Of a stretch of DNA of 64,000 nt, positions 16,972 through 30,430 are shown piece by piece; position 1 is the stretch's first letter, and each line of letters opens with the position of its first letter. The notes beneath the pieces are model-generated. The model saw nothing but the letters and a program-made list of their open reading frames with translations. It ran no database searches and was not told where the DNA came from. Source of the DNA: the human T2T-CHM13v2.0 reference genome, Homo sapiens; NCBI RefSeq assembly GCF_009914755.1, contig NC_060926.1. One strand, given 5' to 3'. The translations under genes and the position numbers were made by a program.

Positions 16972-17434
16972 TTTGTTGGATACTGCTTAACTGTTCCCTA
17001 TTAGATATTTTTCCCCTTTTAAAAAAAATCCCCCATCTCTCTCCAGCTGTAGCTGGACACACTGCTCCCAAGCTAGAAATTATGTTTCCCAGTCTCCTGT
17101 GCTTCTTGGGGTGAACACGTGCCTGAGTTCAAGCCAAAGAGAGGTAAGCAGAAATGGTTTGTGCAATATCCAGGAAATCCCCAGCCTAAAGACAAGACAC
17201 TGCCTATTGTGCACTCTTCCCCTGGCCAGAAACGGTGAAGCCTTGGGCTCAGAGACAGTCCTACATGCTAAGGATAGCTAAAGTGATAGTTCTTAGAGCA
17301 CCTATCTACTGACCCTAGTCTTTCTACCTCCCTTTGGCCTAAATAAGATAGAAATAAATTCCTATCTTAATTAAAACACTGTATTTTGGGCTTTCTTTGT
17401 TACTGTACACCTAGCCTATGCTACAAGTAATATA
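16972..17434 (+). mobile_element. MLT1J-like MaLR LTR
   Basis: tttcccagtctcc...gcctgagttcaagccaa...gcagaaatgg; end gaaataaattcctatcttaattaaaacactgtattttgggc...taatata. Confidence 0.7.
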
Positions 17435-17529
17435 AATATTGGTCAATTCTTTTCAAAGTTAACATGGCAAACTGTGAAATACGAAGCAGCAGTCATCTCT
17501 ATATTACTTTATTGATTGATGTTGTTTGT

Positions 17530-17720
17530 AGATGTTATAGTTTTCCAAAGCACTTTGACATCCATTCACATTTAAGCCTCACAACATCTTTGAGTCATGG
17601 TCACCATTTCAATTTAGAAAACTAATGCTCAGATTATGGTTAAGTAATTTGCTTAGGGTCAGACAATAACAGACTTTAAAAGTCTGTTTTTGCTCAGTTC
17701 AGCACATTTTTTCACTGCCC
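17530..17720 (-). mobile_element. MIR
   Basis: aagcactttgaca...cctcacaaca...gaaaactaatgctcaga...ggttaagtaatttgcttagggtca. Confidence 0.7.
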
Positions 17721-18984
17721 TAAAGAATGCCCTTCCCACAGCTAACTGCCCTCAGAGTGGATTTTATGTTGGTTAGATGGAAACTAGCTACAGAATGACC
17801 CCCTCCACCGCAGCCCTCTCCACCAATTTGTAGTGTGTGCTGGGGGGAATCTGGCTAGATGCAAAGCCATAAAACAAAAATCAAGAAATGAGTTTTCAAA
17901 TTCTACCAATTGGGCATCTGTGTAAGTTTGGCTTTGGTTCCACTTTGATTTCCCTGCCCTAGTGCAATGAGGGTGAGGGCAGAAGTTAAGTTGTATTCTC
18001 CCATTCAGTATTCTATTCTATTAATAATAATGAAATAAATCTACACAAAAGTTAAACAATTTTTAGTTATATTTGACAAAGATGCTATTACTAATACTTA
18101 GATATTCTTTTTTAGGTAAAAAGAGTTATACTTATTTTTCAGCAAAATAGTAACTATTGTATTTCTCAGCAGCCTGTACTATTTTCTTAAATATTGTTTC
18201 TATAGCAGCTTGGGAGATAAACATATATTGGTCAAATGAAGGAATTCATTTAGGTGGAAAAAATAAGTTCACTTATTTTGTTTTTGTTTTTTTTTTCTGA
18301 GGTAGAAATAAAAACTAATTCAACTGTCCTCAAGTTCTGCAAGTCAGTAACATGTCATTTGTCAGCATGGCAGTAATTGTGTATGTTTTTAAAAAGTCAC
18401 CATAAAAATACAAATGACATAATTAGAAGAGTCCTCATTTCAACCTCTATTTTTCATTTGATGGAGAAACACTGGTAGAGCCTTATATGAGTGAAAAGTC
18501 TTAGGACCCCAGCTACTCTACATGAAAGAATTTGGCCATGGAAAGTTCAAAGACTAATTTAAATCCCAGCATTACATCCACACACAGCAGGAATTGACCA
18601 ATGATCCATTGCATCAGTACACTGTACTTTCAGACATTTCCTTCTACCCAAATACTGGATCACGGACTGCCATTTCATTCACTACAGTATATCAGGACCG
18701 CCTGAGCCTATGATTATCAATATCATTCAAAATCTGGCCAGGTATGTTCTAATTTTCTCTCCCATTACTCCCCAAAGCTATCCTGGGAGTCCAGTGAAGC
18801 CAGGCTCCTTGCTTTTTCTGAACAGGCCAAGTTATAAGTTCTTTGCAGTCTCAGCACCTAGCACAAGACCTGCAAATAATAGATGGCAAGGCATTTCTAG
18901 AAACCAGGGTTTCTAGAAACTGGAATTGGGTTACGGCATCAAGTAGGGAAAACACATTTGTTTGCTGCTACTTATGGCTCCCAT

Positions 18985-19150
18985 CTGTTCATCTGAGTCA
19001 CCTGGTGGGCTAGTTAAAACACAGATTACTGGGTCCTGACCCCAGAGTTTGATTCAGTGGGCATGCAATGGAGCCTGATATTTTGCATCTCTGAGAAGCT
19101 CCCAGGTGTTTCTAATGCTGCTGGTCTGGGGACCACTCTGTAAATCACTG
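18985..19150. mobile_element. MER5A
   Basis: gtcacctggtgggctagttaaaacacagatt...ccccagagtttgattcagt...ctcccaggtg...gctgctggtctggggaccactctg. Confidence 0.85.
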
Positions 19151-19249
19151 GCTTATGGTAACCAGGATTAGTTTACTGATTACCCCGATTACCACCCACT
19201 GTCCTCCTAAAGAGATTAATAAGGCCAGTGTAAATAATGCCAGATGCAA

Positions 19250-20450
19250 TTATTCTGCAAATATTTTCAAGGGTTAATTATGTTCAGGCACTCTTCAAGG
19301 TCTGGGCAATACAGCCATGTACAGTGCAGGCAAGTCTCTGCCTGCATGAAGGTAACATTTTTGTGAGGGAGACAGACAAAATAAGTGGAGGTAAGTGGAA
19401 AAACAAAATAGAGAAGAGGAAAGGAGGGGCTGAAGTAGAGGGGTGGCATCAACATAGACTGGTGGAGGAAGACCACACTGAAGACATTTGAGCAAACACC
19501 TAAAGGAAGTGACGGAACTAACCGAGGTGGCTACTTTGGGAGGCTCATTCTAGGCAGACAAAACCAGCGTAAAGGACTCTAGGGGCAGGAATGTGTGCCG
19601 GCATGCTGCAGGAACAGCACAGAGGCCAGTGTGGCTGGAGTGCAGAGATGGGGTGAGGGGAGGAGGGTGATCATCACAGCTGCATAAGCCCTTGTAGGGA
19701 CTTTGCATTTTGTTCTCAGTGACATAGGGAACAATTGCAGTGGGATTTGATTTGAGGAGTCAAATGGTATCACTTAAGTCTTGAATGGATCCTTCTGGCT
19801 GCTGTTGACTGAAGGAATAGGGGGCAGGGGCAGGAGCAGCTGAGGCCACTGGAAGGAGATCAACATCACTTTCACTAGGGAGGTCACCAGGAGAATCATG
19901 CTAAGTTGTTGGATTCAGGATCTGTTTCGAAGATGGAGGTAACAGAACTTCATGATGGATTCAATGTGGGATATGAAATAAAATAAAAATCGAAGATAAT
20001 ATTTGATTTGGGGCCTGAGCAGTTGGATAATGTGCTATTTTGGGGTAAATTTGTGCAAGGGGTGTTGAATAAATTGTTCTCCTTTGGCAGTGAAGTTTGT
20101 GACGTCATTACATATGAAAGAGTAGATGTCAACCAGGTCGTTAGTGCTCAAGAATTTTGGATTCCAGTGTGTATGGATATAAACATGGAGCCGTGACATC
20201 GAATGGGATTACCTGAGGAAGGAACCACAGTAAAGAAAAAAGGACCTAGTACTTGGAGGTTGAGAGGAGAAAAAAAAAAAAGTAAATGAAGGAGAGGCCA
20301 GTGAGGGAGGAACAGGAGAAGGTGTTCTAAGAAGAAAGTAGTGTTAAATACAATCAGTGGTCAAGTAAGACAGGCCCCCAAATTGGCCACCAAATTGGCC
20401 AATATAGTGGCCATTAGCGGCCCGACAAAAACAGTTTCAGTGGAGGAGCC
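19250..20450 (-). mobile_element. L2 (L2a-like), ~1.2 kb
   Basis: tgttcaggcact...gacatttgagcaaacacctaaaggaagtga...ggaacagcacagaggccagtgtggctggagtg...acagtttcagtggag. Confidence 0.85.
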
Positions 20451-20589
20451 TTTCCAAATACCTCACTTGGGGTAGAGGTTGGGGAAAGGTGAAGAATAAA
20501 GACAAAATTTTATGCCAAGGGTAGGGAGAACAAGTAAGAACAAAGCTTTTTCAGAAAATATCATAAATATCATGTGATTCTTGAAAATC

Positions 20590-20770
20590 AGTCTCCAAGA
20601 GACCATGGGGCTACGGAGGCCCTTGGGAAAAGGGTGCATTCCAGGTCCTATCCCAGAGATTCAGGTTCAGTAAGTCTAGGAATAAGATGGGACCCAGAGA
20701 TGTAATTTTAACAAGAACTTGTAGGAGGATGTTGCCAGTTCTCCTTGGGACACTTTTGGAGAATGGTCTC
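20590..20770. mobile_element. MER5-family fragment
   Basis: gcattccaggtcctatcccagagattcaggttcagtaagtctagg...tttaacaag...ggacacttttggagaa. Confidence 0.6.
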
Positions 20771-22117
20771 CCAAACAGAATTTCTGGTTATTTCCGATGA
20801 CTTAACACAACAAAACAAACCAACTGCCACAACCACCATGCAACCAACACACTGAACCTTTCCTTGAAACACCTCCAATACCTATTCTACCAAAGTGAAT
20901 CAGGGCCTTGGATTCTCTTGACATTCAAATGAGATTGGGGACAAGGTGATAAACATGAAGACTTTTTAGAAACAGAGCAGATGGTGCTTCTCATGTTGGA
21001 TCTAGGAACTCTTTTAGGAAAACCTAGACTGCCTATCCCAGGAAGACTCCTTTTGCTACACAAGAGGACCGTCAAACTATTTAAAAATTTTGTTTCGTTT
21101 TTATATTTATCTTTAAGAGACTTCCCTCAAGAAAGAGGTTACTTCCTGCAGTGTGAGGAGATTATACATTTATGCACTAACACATAAACCTTGCTTGGAT
21201 TTTATTTTCTAAGCCAGAAAGCATTTGTGGATGTGCAGATTTCAGTGTGTTGCCTGTTAAACTGCATTTCTTACTTATGGGCACTGAACATAAATCACCC
21301 AAGAGGAGCGAACATTCCTCCTGGAGTGAGGTATTTCAAAGACTGCCTCTACTGCCGCTGGGTGGGAATGGGTGGTGCCCAGGATCTGATCACATTTATG
21401 TCTCTATTTTCATGGTAAAAATGTGAAGACAAAAGTAATGGACCAGATCTGAGTTCTCCTGGCTGTCATGGGCTGCAGGCTGTTGTTTGTATTAAGCAGC
21501 TGAACACTGTTTGACTTGTCTTGGTGAAAAGAAACACTAGCTCTATCTTGTTGCTTCTCCTCCAACAAAAAGGCAGCAGAACAAGTGAATCACCATGACT
21601 GACCAGCATGTTTTCTTCTTACCCCTAAATCTCTTCTCCATATTAAGAGATATACTAAGGAGACCATAGGCATTTATTTCCCTGCCACTGGCCTCAGGAA
21701 ATAAAGGATGGAGCGCCTGAAGAGACCTTCTCAGACCTAGTATTTTGCACATGCCCTCACAAAAAATAAACGTGTATCACCAATAGAGAACATGAAAGCA
21801 AACCAAAAGTCATAAAGCATTCTGGAAGTCAGAAAGAAGTTTCCATTTGATTGACAAAAGCTGCAAAACCAGAACCCAAAACACATCCAGGATAAAATCA
21901 CCATGAAGATGAGGACTGAACTGGGAAAAACTGCAAGCTCAGATTGAACATAAGAGCAGGAGGGACCTCTTGGGCAATCGTCTGTGTGATATTTAAGTAT
22001 GGTATTCCATGGCCACCCCCCTCCTTCCAGCAAGTGGTAGGAGAGATTGAACTCAAGATAAAGAACTGTTCTCTACTGAGGATTAGTTTCCATCTAAGGA
22101 GGTAGAGCCATGAGGCT

Positions 22118-22138
22118 GGGTGGGGTTTTGGGGTTGGG
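22118..22138 (+). other. Potential G-quadruplex
   Basis: GGG T GGGG TTTT GGGG TT GGG. Confidence 0.5.
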
Positions 22139-23542
22139 TTCTGTGCAGGTGTGGAGGCGTCACCAGGGCTGAATTCATGGGCACCTCCCCGCAGACACTG
22201 TAGGCCTATTCAATAGAACCTGCTCTCCAGTCAAGGCTGCCAACTCAGAGGGCTTCTAATGTTATGTGGAGAGCCCTGCATCCTTCGCCAGCTGTAGCCG
22301 ACTTAGTGCTGAAAACACTTGAACTTGCCCAACATCCTCCACAAAGAGGCCAACTCTATAGAAAGACACTTAGCTTCCTAAGGACTGGTTAATTGGTATT
22401 TCAATGTGATGCCCTATGCCAACACCAGGACTGGTATAATGGGTATAGGTGCAAAGCAGGACCCATCTGGCTGGCAATCCTCATTTCAGATCTTTACATC
22501 TGACCATGAAAAGGCCAAGCTGGAAACAAAAGGGTGGCAGAGTAAGAATGAGGGCCTCTGCCTCCTGGAAACAGAGGAATCCCTTCAGGGGGCTGTGTAT
22601 ATTTTCACTGTGCAGCTCCTCTTTCTCGTTTGCTATCTTAGCAAGCCCTGTCAAGGAAGAATGTGGAAAAGGGAAACAGTGGGAAAACAGGAACTCCTGA
22701 TACTACAGAACCCTTTTCTCCTTCAACTTTACCTCCAGAGACTGAGCCTATGTCATAGTTGATTCTCTAATACCAGCATAAACAGCTTTCAGGAGAATCA
22801 TGCCTCAGTCAATTGCCAATCATACAGGGAAGATTTTAGGATGGTTTAAGAAGATGGAGAGAAAGGATTTATGAAGTAGTAGATACCCATCCCTGCCCCA
22901 CCCAAAATAAACAACTCAGTAGCATATACTTCTCTTTTTTCCAATAAAGAGACTGTCGTTAAATACAATCTGTTTCTTGGCTTCTTCTGCTCTCAACTCT
23001 AGCTTGTAATATGTGAAGTAATTTGAGATTATCCTCAGAAGTTCCACAGATATCTTGTGGTACAAAATGATTACCAATACTGTGATTAAAAAGTGCTTTT
23101 ATAGGTGGTAACCTGGAGGGCTGATACAACCTGATGTAAACAGCACTGCTGCCTTGTTTGAAAGGTAATTAGAAAGCCATTTTGTTCTGACAGTGGAGAA
23201 TCCGATTCAGGAGAAAAGTTTCTTCTCTCCTGAGGGGCCAAACCAAATATGTGATGGAATATAGCTGTGGCACTCTTTGAACCTTCTCATTGGAAAATCT
23301 GGAGAGAAATGGGACATACGGCAACTTTTAAGTTGAAAGCCCTTGTGCCCAGGGCCCCTGTCTCTGTGCCAGTCCATCCCTGGAAGAGCAATGGTGCAAT
23401 GCAATAACTCAGCGCTGCCCTTCACATGATGGTGGCTGGTATGCTCCCCTGGGTTCTACCTGGGATGACCAAATGGTACCCTTAGCCTCCACTGAACACC
23501 CACTTCACAAAGACACATTATCCTGACAATTAAGATCTAATG

Positions 23543-23724
23543 CAACGGTTCTCCCACTATGGACACAGACCAGCATTGTTAACATCACCTGCAAATTTCA
23601 TTAGAAATGCAACTTCTCTGGCCTTTCCCCAGGCCCACTGAACTCTGGGGGTGGAGGGGCCCAACAATGTATGGTTTTAGGAGCCCTCCAGGTGATTCTG
23701 ATCCACTAAACCTTAAGAACGACT
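23543..23724. mobile_element. MER5A
   Basis: caacggttctc...catcacctg...ttagaaatgca...agccctccaggtgattctgat...aagaacgact. Confidence 0.8.
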
Positions 23725-23780
23725 CTTCAATAGTCAAATTAACCCATCATTACAATCATTCATTCCAGGTGTGTGAGCCA

Positions 23781-23809
23781 CCCCTCCCCCCCCACCCCCT
23801 TCCACCCCC
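23781..23809 (-). other. Potential G-quadruplex (i-motif on + strand)
   Basis: C4, C8, C5, C5 tracts with short loops. Confidence 0.5.
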
Positions 23810-24430
23810 TGCATTTTCAAGATAAATCATTTGACGCTATAGTGAATTTGAATTACTATCAGCATTGATGAACAATTCAAGGTTTCTTTTCAAAATATCT
23901 CATTTTTGAGGGTAGAGGGCTGGGAAATCAGACCTTGCATCAGGTGAAACACTGAAGTTTAATTAAAATAATGCAAAACCAGCAACAGCTGCCCTGCTGT
24001 GAAGCCTATGTTTGTACTTAATGATTTAGGTGCTGTTTTTCAGGACGAGAGAAGTACCCATGATAAATATGATGCAGGTGCACCCGGGATGTTACCTTTT
24101 TTTTTAAGTATCTCCTCTCAAAGCGTTATGCAGCTAAAACCATTCAATCAGTGGACTATGCACTATTTGGGATTTGAAGAGACACCTGGACCATGTAAGA
24201 ATTTTGTATTGGGACGGTCACCTAAGACAGAAATTCCTTTTTAAAATATACATATTTGGGATAGCAACGCAGACAGTTCACTTACCAGTGGATAGTAATT
24301 TAACTATTCTAATGCTTATTTTTCATGAAAATCAGCCACTCTTAGACAAGGCAGATGTGTTAAATCAATTTAGGAAGGCAATTTACTATGATGAGGTTGT
24401 TAAAGAGTCAAACGGAACATCAGGAAACTT

Positions 24431-24504
24431 ATGCAAATATTTTTGGGAATTTGTTCTGAGTATGCAAATGCTATATAATTAGTTATCATGCTTTTCATGC
24501 AAAA
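24431..24504 (+). promoter_or_regulatory. Octamer (POU) motif cluster
   Basis: ATGCAAAT at 24431 and 24462, ATGCAAAA at 24497; motif evidence only. Confidence 0.3.
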
Positions 24505-25083
24505 TTAAATTTGCTATAATAACGAATCACACTCAAGAATAAGGCTAGTTAACATGAAAAGAACCCTCATTTTTATGACTGAAAGACTGCAAATTGAGGG
24601 TAAACTGCAGGTGAATCTAATTCCAGCCTTTAGGATTATTATTCATTCCGGTCAAACGAAACCAACTGCAACAAGGGATGGGAGGGCTCTCTGACTCTGG
24701 ACAGCACATGTATGGATGCAAAAATCACAAGGAGTAGAAGCAATGGAGTGTTGTGCTTTTTGGACTAAGGCTGTCTCAGCTATCATTAGCCAGATACTCT
24801 TTTACCCTCTAATTATTTTGGAAGGACTCAGTGCTATCATTTAATATTTATCAGACTAGCAAAGCCAAACTTCTATTTTGGAATATCTCTAAAGTCTAAT
24901 TACTGCTCAGTCCCTTCCTGCCCCAGACTGACAATTTGGAGATAATTTGGACTTCCAGCATGTTGGCTCTTCCTGCCTCACTCTGTAAATGTCCCCACTT
25001 GTCACGGGGCTCTCTAGACCTCCTCTCGCTGTCAAAGTCCTATGTCTGCTATATTTGCCAGGCTATGTAATAATTAGGCCCTT

Positions 25084-25393
<310 letters not shown>

Positions 25394-25418
25394 AGGCCCT
25401 TTATGCCTCCTGGCCACT

Positions 25419-25525
25419 TGTAGACCACTCCCATTTGGCCAGGAATGAGACATGTTCCATAGCATGAAACTTTCTGTGATGACGCTGGAGAAGTCCTGAG
25501 CAAACCAGGTGAGTTGGTCACTCTA
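25419..25525. mobile_element. MER81-like hAT-Blackjack MITE
   Basis: ggagaagtcctgagcaaaccaggtgagttggtcactcta terminus. Confidence 0.6.
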
Positions 25526-27054
25526 CCACAATCACACGTTTCCCCATGACTCCCAGGCTGTTTGCCCATTCCTGTGGGTGTCAGTTTTCCTAACTATGCT
25601 TCAAATTCCTCACTGGAGTAGGCTTAGCCATAACTTCTAGTGCTGCAGACTAGCCCTAACCCCAGGAGTCGTGTATGCTCATCTGCTATCCACTAAAGAA
25701 GTGGAGGCTCCATCCAGTGAGCCTGATCACTGACCCATGTCTTGCCTTATCCCAGGTGGACTGCTCAGGAATAAAGGGGTTTCCAGCTGCCTGAGGACTG
25801 ACAAAGGGTTCCTTCTGTCACCTCCCCAGATCGGAGCCTCAAAGATACCAGTTTGCATCACAGCCACCCCCATCCCACCCTCACCCAATCTGTGATTAGA
25901 CTCAGTGCCCTTCAGTGGGACTAGCACTTTACCTAGGTTAGGCTCAGTTATATTCTTGCTTTATACCTACTCCACACCGGATCATTGTGGAGGTCCCAGG
26001 TTTTACCTAAAAATACCTTGCAACCTACTATTAAAAGTGAAGACTGCACCTGAACATTCATGTTGTCTTTACACATAGGATCACAAGATACTGTTGATAC
26101 AGAATCTAGAGTTGTCAAGTACTTTGTCATATTAAGCTTACAATGACAAAACTAGGTTTTAGTAGCATGATTTTAGGACAAAAAGGAACCCAAAGCCATA
26201 CATTTGAAGACTACATCTATCCCTTAGACTGAAAAGTCAGACATGGTAGAAATGTTTTATAAAAGAAGAGAAAAGCGGGAAATGAATGCCTTGCTGCCCA
26301 TAGAGACGTCCAGTTTTCTGTTGAGGCTGGCTGTTAAAAGTACCTGACTCCATTGGTTTCAATAAATAGCTCAATCACCTTGTTCTTGCTAAAGCTCAAG
26401 CTCAATAACCCAATATTCCCTAGCCACATACAATGCATTTAACCCTTTTCCTCATTATCCCACTTAAGCTAAAAAACAAGACAAAACACAAACAGGATAG
26501 CCAGATGAACTCTTAATTCCAAAACAATATCAATTGAATTCACTCCATTTGCTAGTACTGCCTTCTCAACCATGCCTTGTCTTAGCTCAATATTAATTAG
26601 GTAAAACTTAATAGTCATGCAACCTGGCCCACATCAAAAATTATATACCTATAAAAATGTGCATTTTTCTAGTTTTTATACATTTCATACTTCGTCTCAT
26701 AAGTCATTCTGTAAAGTGAGTGTCATTCCCTCATTTGTCACTTTTGTAAAGCCCATCTTATAAAGGTTTATTTAGCAGAAAGGCTAATAGATTTTATTAA
26801 TAGGCATAGTCTTTCCAACCTGTAAAAACACCAATACTTAAGTCAAATATTTTTGTACCCACTATGCAAATAGTACTTTGCTAAAAACATCACCGTTAGC
26901 CTAGGAGAATGAGACAAAGCATAGATGCAAGAAAGTTCTATGCAGTAAGTGATACAGACATTTTACAGCAAAAAGGTATCATCTGTGATTGAGATCCAGA
27001 GGCAGGTAGAAATGAAAGCTTAGAGAGTGAGCTTGTGGAAAGATAATTGATAAA

Positions 27055-27200
27055 CTACATTTTACATGATACTTTATTTTCAACACTCCATTACAAAGTT
27101 TGCTTAATTATCTTTTACAACATACCAGTAAAACAGTGTGTCTGTCTCTGTATTACTGATGAGAAACCTGGGCTCATAGAGTTCAAGTAACAATATCTGA
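27055..27200 (-). mobile_element. MIR fragment
   Basis: tactgatgagaaacctgggctcatagagttcaagtaac. Confidence 0.55.
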
Positions 27201-27420
27201 GTGGGTAGTTGAAAACAAAATGTTACACTAAATCATTAAAAGTAAAAGTTGAAAAATTATCTTTCTAGTAATTTTCACCACCCATCCAGGATATTCTTCT
27301 AACAATTGCATTTGAGAATCTATCCTGGGGGATGAGACCCTAGGACACATAGAAGCTATGTGGACCTTGAGTACTTTGGGTCTATTTCCTTATTTATAAA
27401 ATGAAGAGATGGGGCCAGAT

Positions 27421-27612
27421 CAGTGGTTAGCAAACCTCAGCCAGCACTAGTACCACCTGGAGAGCTTGCTAAAACAGACTGCAGGGTCCCACCCCCAAGA
27501 ATTTCTGATTCAGCACATCTGGGGTGAGACCTGAAAATTTGCATTTCTAACAAATTATCAGGTGAGGTGGATGTTGATGCTGCTTGTCCAGGGACCACTT
27601 TGAGAACTACTA
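27421..27612. mobile_element. MER5A inserted into a MIR3-like element (about 27350-27645)
   Basis: cagtggtt...cacctggagagcttgctaaaacagact...tttctgattcag...tgcatttctaacaa...gggaccactttgagaactact; flanks read as MIR3 (tttccttatttataaaatgaag / ggtctttagggcctct). Confidence 0.85.
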
Positions 27613-29306
27613 GACTGGTCTTTAGGGCCTCTAGGATTTTGAGTATGGAAAGACAGACAATATTCTTAACTTCTAGACCAGCTGCAAGTAAGAGTTCCCT
27701 CATTTATCCTTCCACCTATTCATTCAACAAATGGACACTTGTTGGTTTGTGAACAAGTGTGTTTTCAAATAGTTCCAAGTTTGCCTAAAAGTAGGGAAAA
27801 ATCTCAATTATTTAATTGATATCATTTATGGATATTTGGCAATTTTCTTTAACTCTATTTCGTGATCATGTAAAATCAGGAAAAAATCAATTAAATCAGG
27901 AAATGCATGCAAAAATTATTAACAGTGTCTGACATAGAGATCTCAGCAAACATTAGTTCTATGGATCAGGGAAACAATTTACATATCATATTGCACTTTT
28001 GCCTCTCATATTTTTATTCCAGCTGCTAGCATCTATCCTATTTCAGCATCTCAGGGTTTTCCTCCTCATCCTTTGTTGGAGAAGCTGATGAAGTTAGCAA
28101 GGCTTGGGTCACGGTAATACTGAGGGAGGGATAGGCTGGGTTAAAGAGGAGAGAATGATTATATGCGAACTATATGACTGGTTCCTAACAAAAGTTAATG
28201 GATTAAATACAAAATCCCTGCCCTTCAGTGTGTTCCAGCTCTCATTAGTGCCAACTGCATCTCAAGGCACACCTTTCTCCTGTGCCACCTATGTCCTTGG
28301 CATACAGTTGGAGCAGGAGATGGGGGCGCTACTGGCAGCCAAAGAAATGGACAGAACCAGTGTGATTGTCTGGGGAATCTGACAGAGAGGTAAATTGAAC
28401 TTAATCACTGTCCCAGCCGAATCACATTTGTAAAGGCTGAGGCTCTGTGGACACCTGTTATAAATAAAGCAATTCCTAATGTTTTTCTACAAGACCTGAG
28501 CCTTTGGTTGATCTCAGTTTCTCAGTATAAGAACCATTTTTCTCACCCAGGGCCTGGCATCAGCAATTTGGTGTTATGTCCCAAGAAATTCCCCAAAACT
28601 CCTGGGATGGCACAAAGTTGTCCTAGCTATGTGAGTTAGACTCTGAGCTCCAGACAGAAATACTCATTTCCAGGTTCAGCTTCTAAAAATACCTGCCTTC
28701 ACGTATGTCCTTTGGCTCCGGGAGGTTTCCAAACTACAACCAAAGTCTGAGATGAAAACTTAAAGAAGGCTAGACTGCATGAAATTTACCTCACCTATCC
28801 CGGCACAAGCCAGAACTGGATGAGGCGTAAACCAGGCCTGCTGTGCAAACAGATGCATTCTACCTCTGGGGATGGCTCAAGGGAATCATAAACACCCCAC
28901 ATTGAGAGGGCAGGAGGCCTGAGTGGCATTTAGGTTTCTCTGAGGCTTATTTTGTGAAAGCAAAACTGACTCACTGAGAAAACATTTTAAAAATATTTAC
29001 TTGGAATTACATAAAAAATATTTTAAATGATTTTTGTTTTTTCAGAGGTAGGAAAGTCTGTTTTATAGCTGGCTGCTGAGTCAGACAGAATAGCCGGAAA
29101 GACTTTGGGAAACCTCAGCCTCTCTTTGGCCTCTGCAGTTGTGAGGCCGGGAGATGTGGTTCTGAAACCCAGGCAAGTTGCTGAAGCACACAGAGGAATT
29201 CCCAGAATTTCCTCTAAAGTTTTCACTTAGATGTCACAAAGAAGGCCTGATTTCAGCGAAATAAAAGTTTGTTGCAGAGTCACACATGAGCACCAGTTGT
29301 AACTAA

Positions 29307-29644
<338 letters not shown>

Positions 29645-29664
29645 TGCCAAGTACTTTTAAAATG

Positions 29665-29800
29665 TATTCATTTGATTATTCACTCGAATTCTTCTGAGCA
29701 CCTGTTATGTGTAGTGCTAGGAGCCGTTGGATATAACTGTGAAAAAAATGGACGATGTCTCCTTCCATCACTGCCGTATTCAATCTACCTGGGAGGGAGG
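29665..29800 (-). mobile_element. L2 3' end
   Basis: attcatttgattattcactc...ctgagcacctgttatgtg...ggatataactgtgaa. Confidence 0.65.
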
Positions 29801-30224
29801 AAGGCACTGGAATGCAGAACCATAGCTTTACCATGTTAAGCCACTTTCCCAACTGTACACAGGGAAAGAGCCAGAGAAATTTGAACAGGATTTTGCGTCT
29901 CCAAAGTGTGTACTCTGGCCTTTGGGGAAGGATGGATCCAAACATAAAGGAAGAAGAAAACTAGATGACTCCAGCTTATGAAGATAGCATTTATGTATTC
30001 CCCTAAGTGCCTACATAAACCTGAGAATAAGGTACTCTTCTAACAGAAATTGGCATTCCTTTTTAGTACAGGGACTTTGTGATGTTTCCTGAGGGATTTC
30101 CATGTACTGCAACTCATTTTAATTATTTCAACCCTAGCCTTCCCTAAGCTCTTGCATCTCTAGTTTCTACAGCCAACCATATACTGGTTTTAGGGGTGTT
30201 GAATTGCTCAGTTATTGTTGGGTG

Positions 30225-30430
30225 CAGGCACTGGACATTTGTTATTTTGGAGTACATCAAGCCCCCTTCCTTGTGGGGATCACTCCCCCGCAGCTCTGTG
30301 CACTCTATCTGCTCCCAGGGTAGAGTTTGTGACCTGAATGAAAGCTAGTTAACACACCACATTTGCCTGGAGATGTCAACTGGTTCAATGATGGGCACTG
30401 GACCTAATCAGAACCAATGAGACTAACATG
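30225..30430 (+). mobile_element. Ancient MaLR/ERVL LTR fragment (MLT1K/L-like)
   Basis: tggttcaatgatgggcactggacctaatcagaaccaatgagac. Confidence 0.45.

Noticed and set aside
20378-20401. 12-bp tandem duplication ccaaattggcca
   Set aside because: Ordinary slippage duplication inside a decayed L2.
28318-28335. CTCF-like gggggcgcta, and gccaccaggtagagc near 33155
   Set aside because: Mismatches at key core positions; too weak to call.
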